Shown: one piece after another, positions 22,114-24,000 of the stretch
Position numbering within the stretch: the stretch's first letter is position 1
Layout of the letters: each line of letters begins with the position of its first letter
Source of the DNA: Cetobacterium sp. SF1
GTDB lineage: Bacteria; Fusobacteriota; Fusobacteriia; Fusobacteriales; Fusobacteriaceae
Assembly: GCF_050033475.1 (NCBI RefSeq)
Contig: NZ_CP188322.1
Location: 101,953 to 125,952 of the forward strand
Length of the DNA: 24,000 bases
Direction: 5' to 3'
Position numbers and translations under genes: made by a program
The notes under the pieces: model-generated
What the model saw: the letters and a program-made list of their open reading frames with translations, nothing else
Told to the model about the DNA's origin: nothing
Database searches by the model: none

Positions 22114-22142
22114 TTTACAAAATAAAAATAAATAAATATAAT
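22114..22142 (+). promoter_or_regulatory. Putative promoter of the GH63 gene
   Basis: TTTACA-17 nt-TATAAT, between the response regulator and the GH63 start. Confidence 0.6.
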
Positions 22143-22154
22143 TTTAAAATGTAG

Positions 22155-24000
<1,846 letters not shown>

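Overview
This is an AT-rich, Fusobacterium-like chromosomal window that is densely coded and mostly metabolic or housekeeping. I see no CRISPR array, transposase, phage module, rRNA or tRNA. Left to right it holds: a 5'-truncated hypothetical ORF; an OmpA-family outer-membrane protein; a CcdA/DsbD-like, ArsC/Spx-like and hypothetical cluster; an EamA transporter; an ebg-type beta-galactosidase operon (APC permease, ebgC, ebgA on minus, with a divergent LacI-family regulator); a ParA gene with an uncharacterised overlapping partner; a PhnA/YjdM zinc-ribbon protein; yaaA; a second APC permease; pabA-pabB-pabC behind a leader micro-ORF and a terminator-like hairpin; an AGCS symporter; a K+-channel-like protein; an NlpC/P60 lipoprotein; a small FMN-binding-like protein; an OmpR-type response regulator with no adjacent kinase; and a 3'-truncated YgjK-like GH63 glucosidase that the ORF track omits because it runs off the window. 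The best second-look items are the micro-ORF plus terminator that gate pabABC, the E. coli-like ebgRAC-ygjI...ygjK gene set, the ParA gene with a non-ParB partner, the variant TVGTG channel pore and a possible ATT start codon. I found no clear new defence or mobile system.
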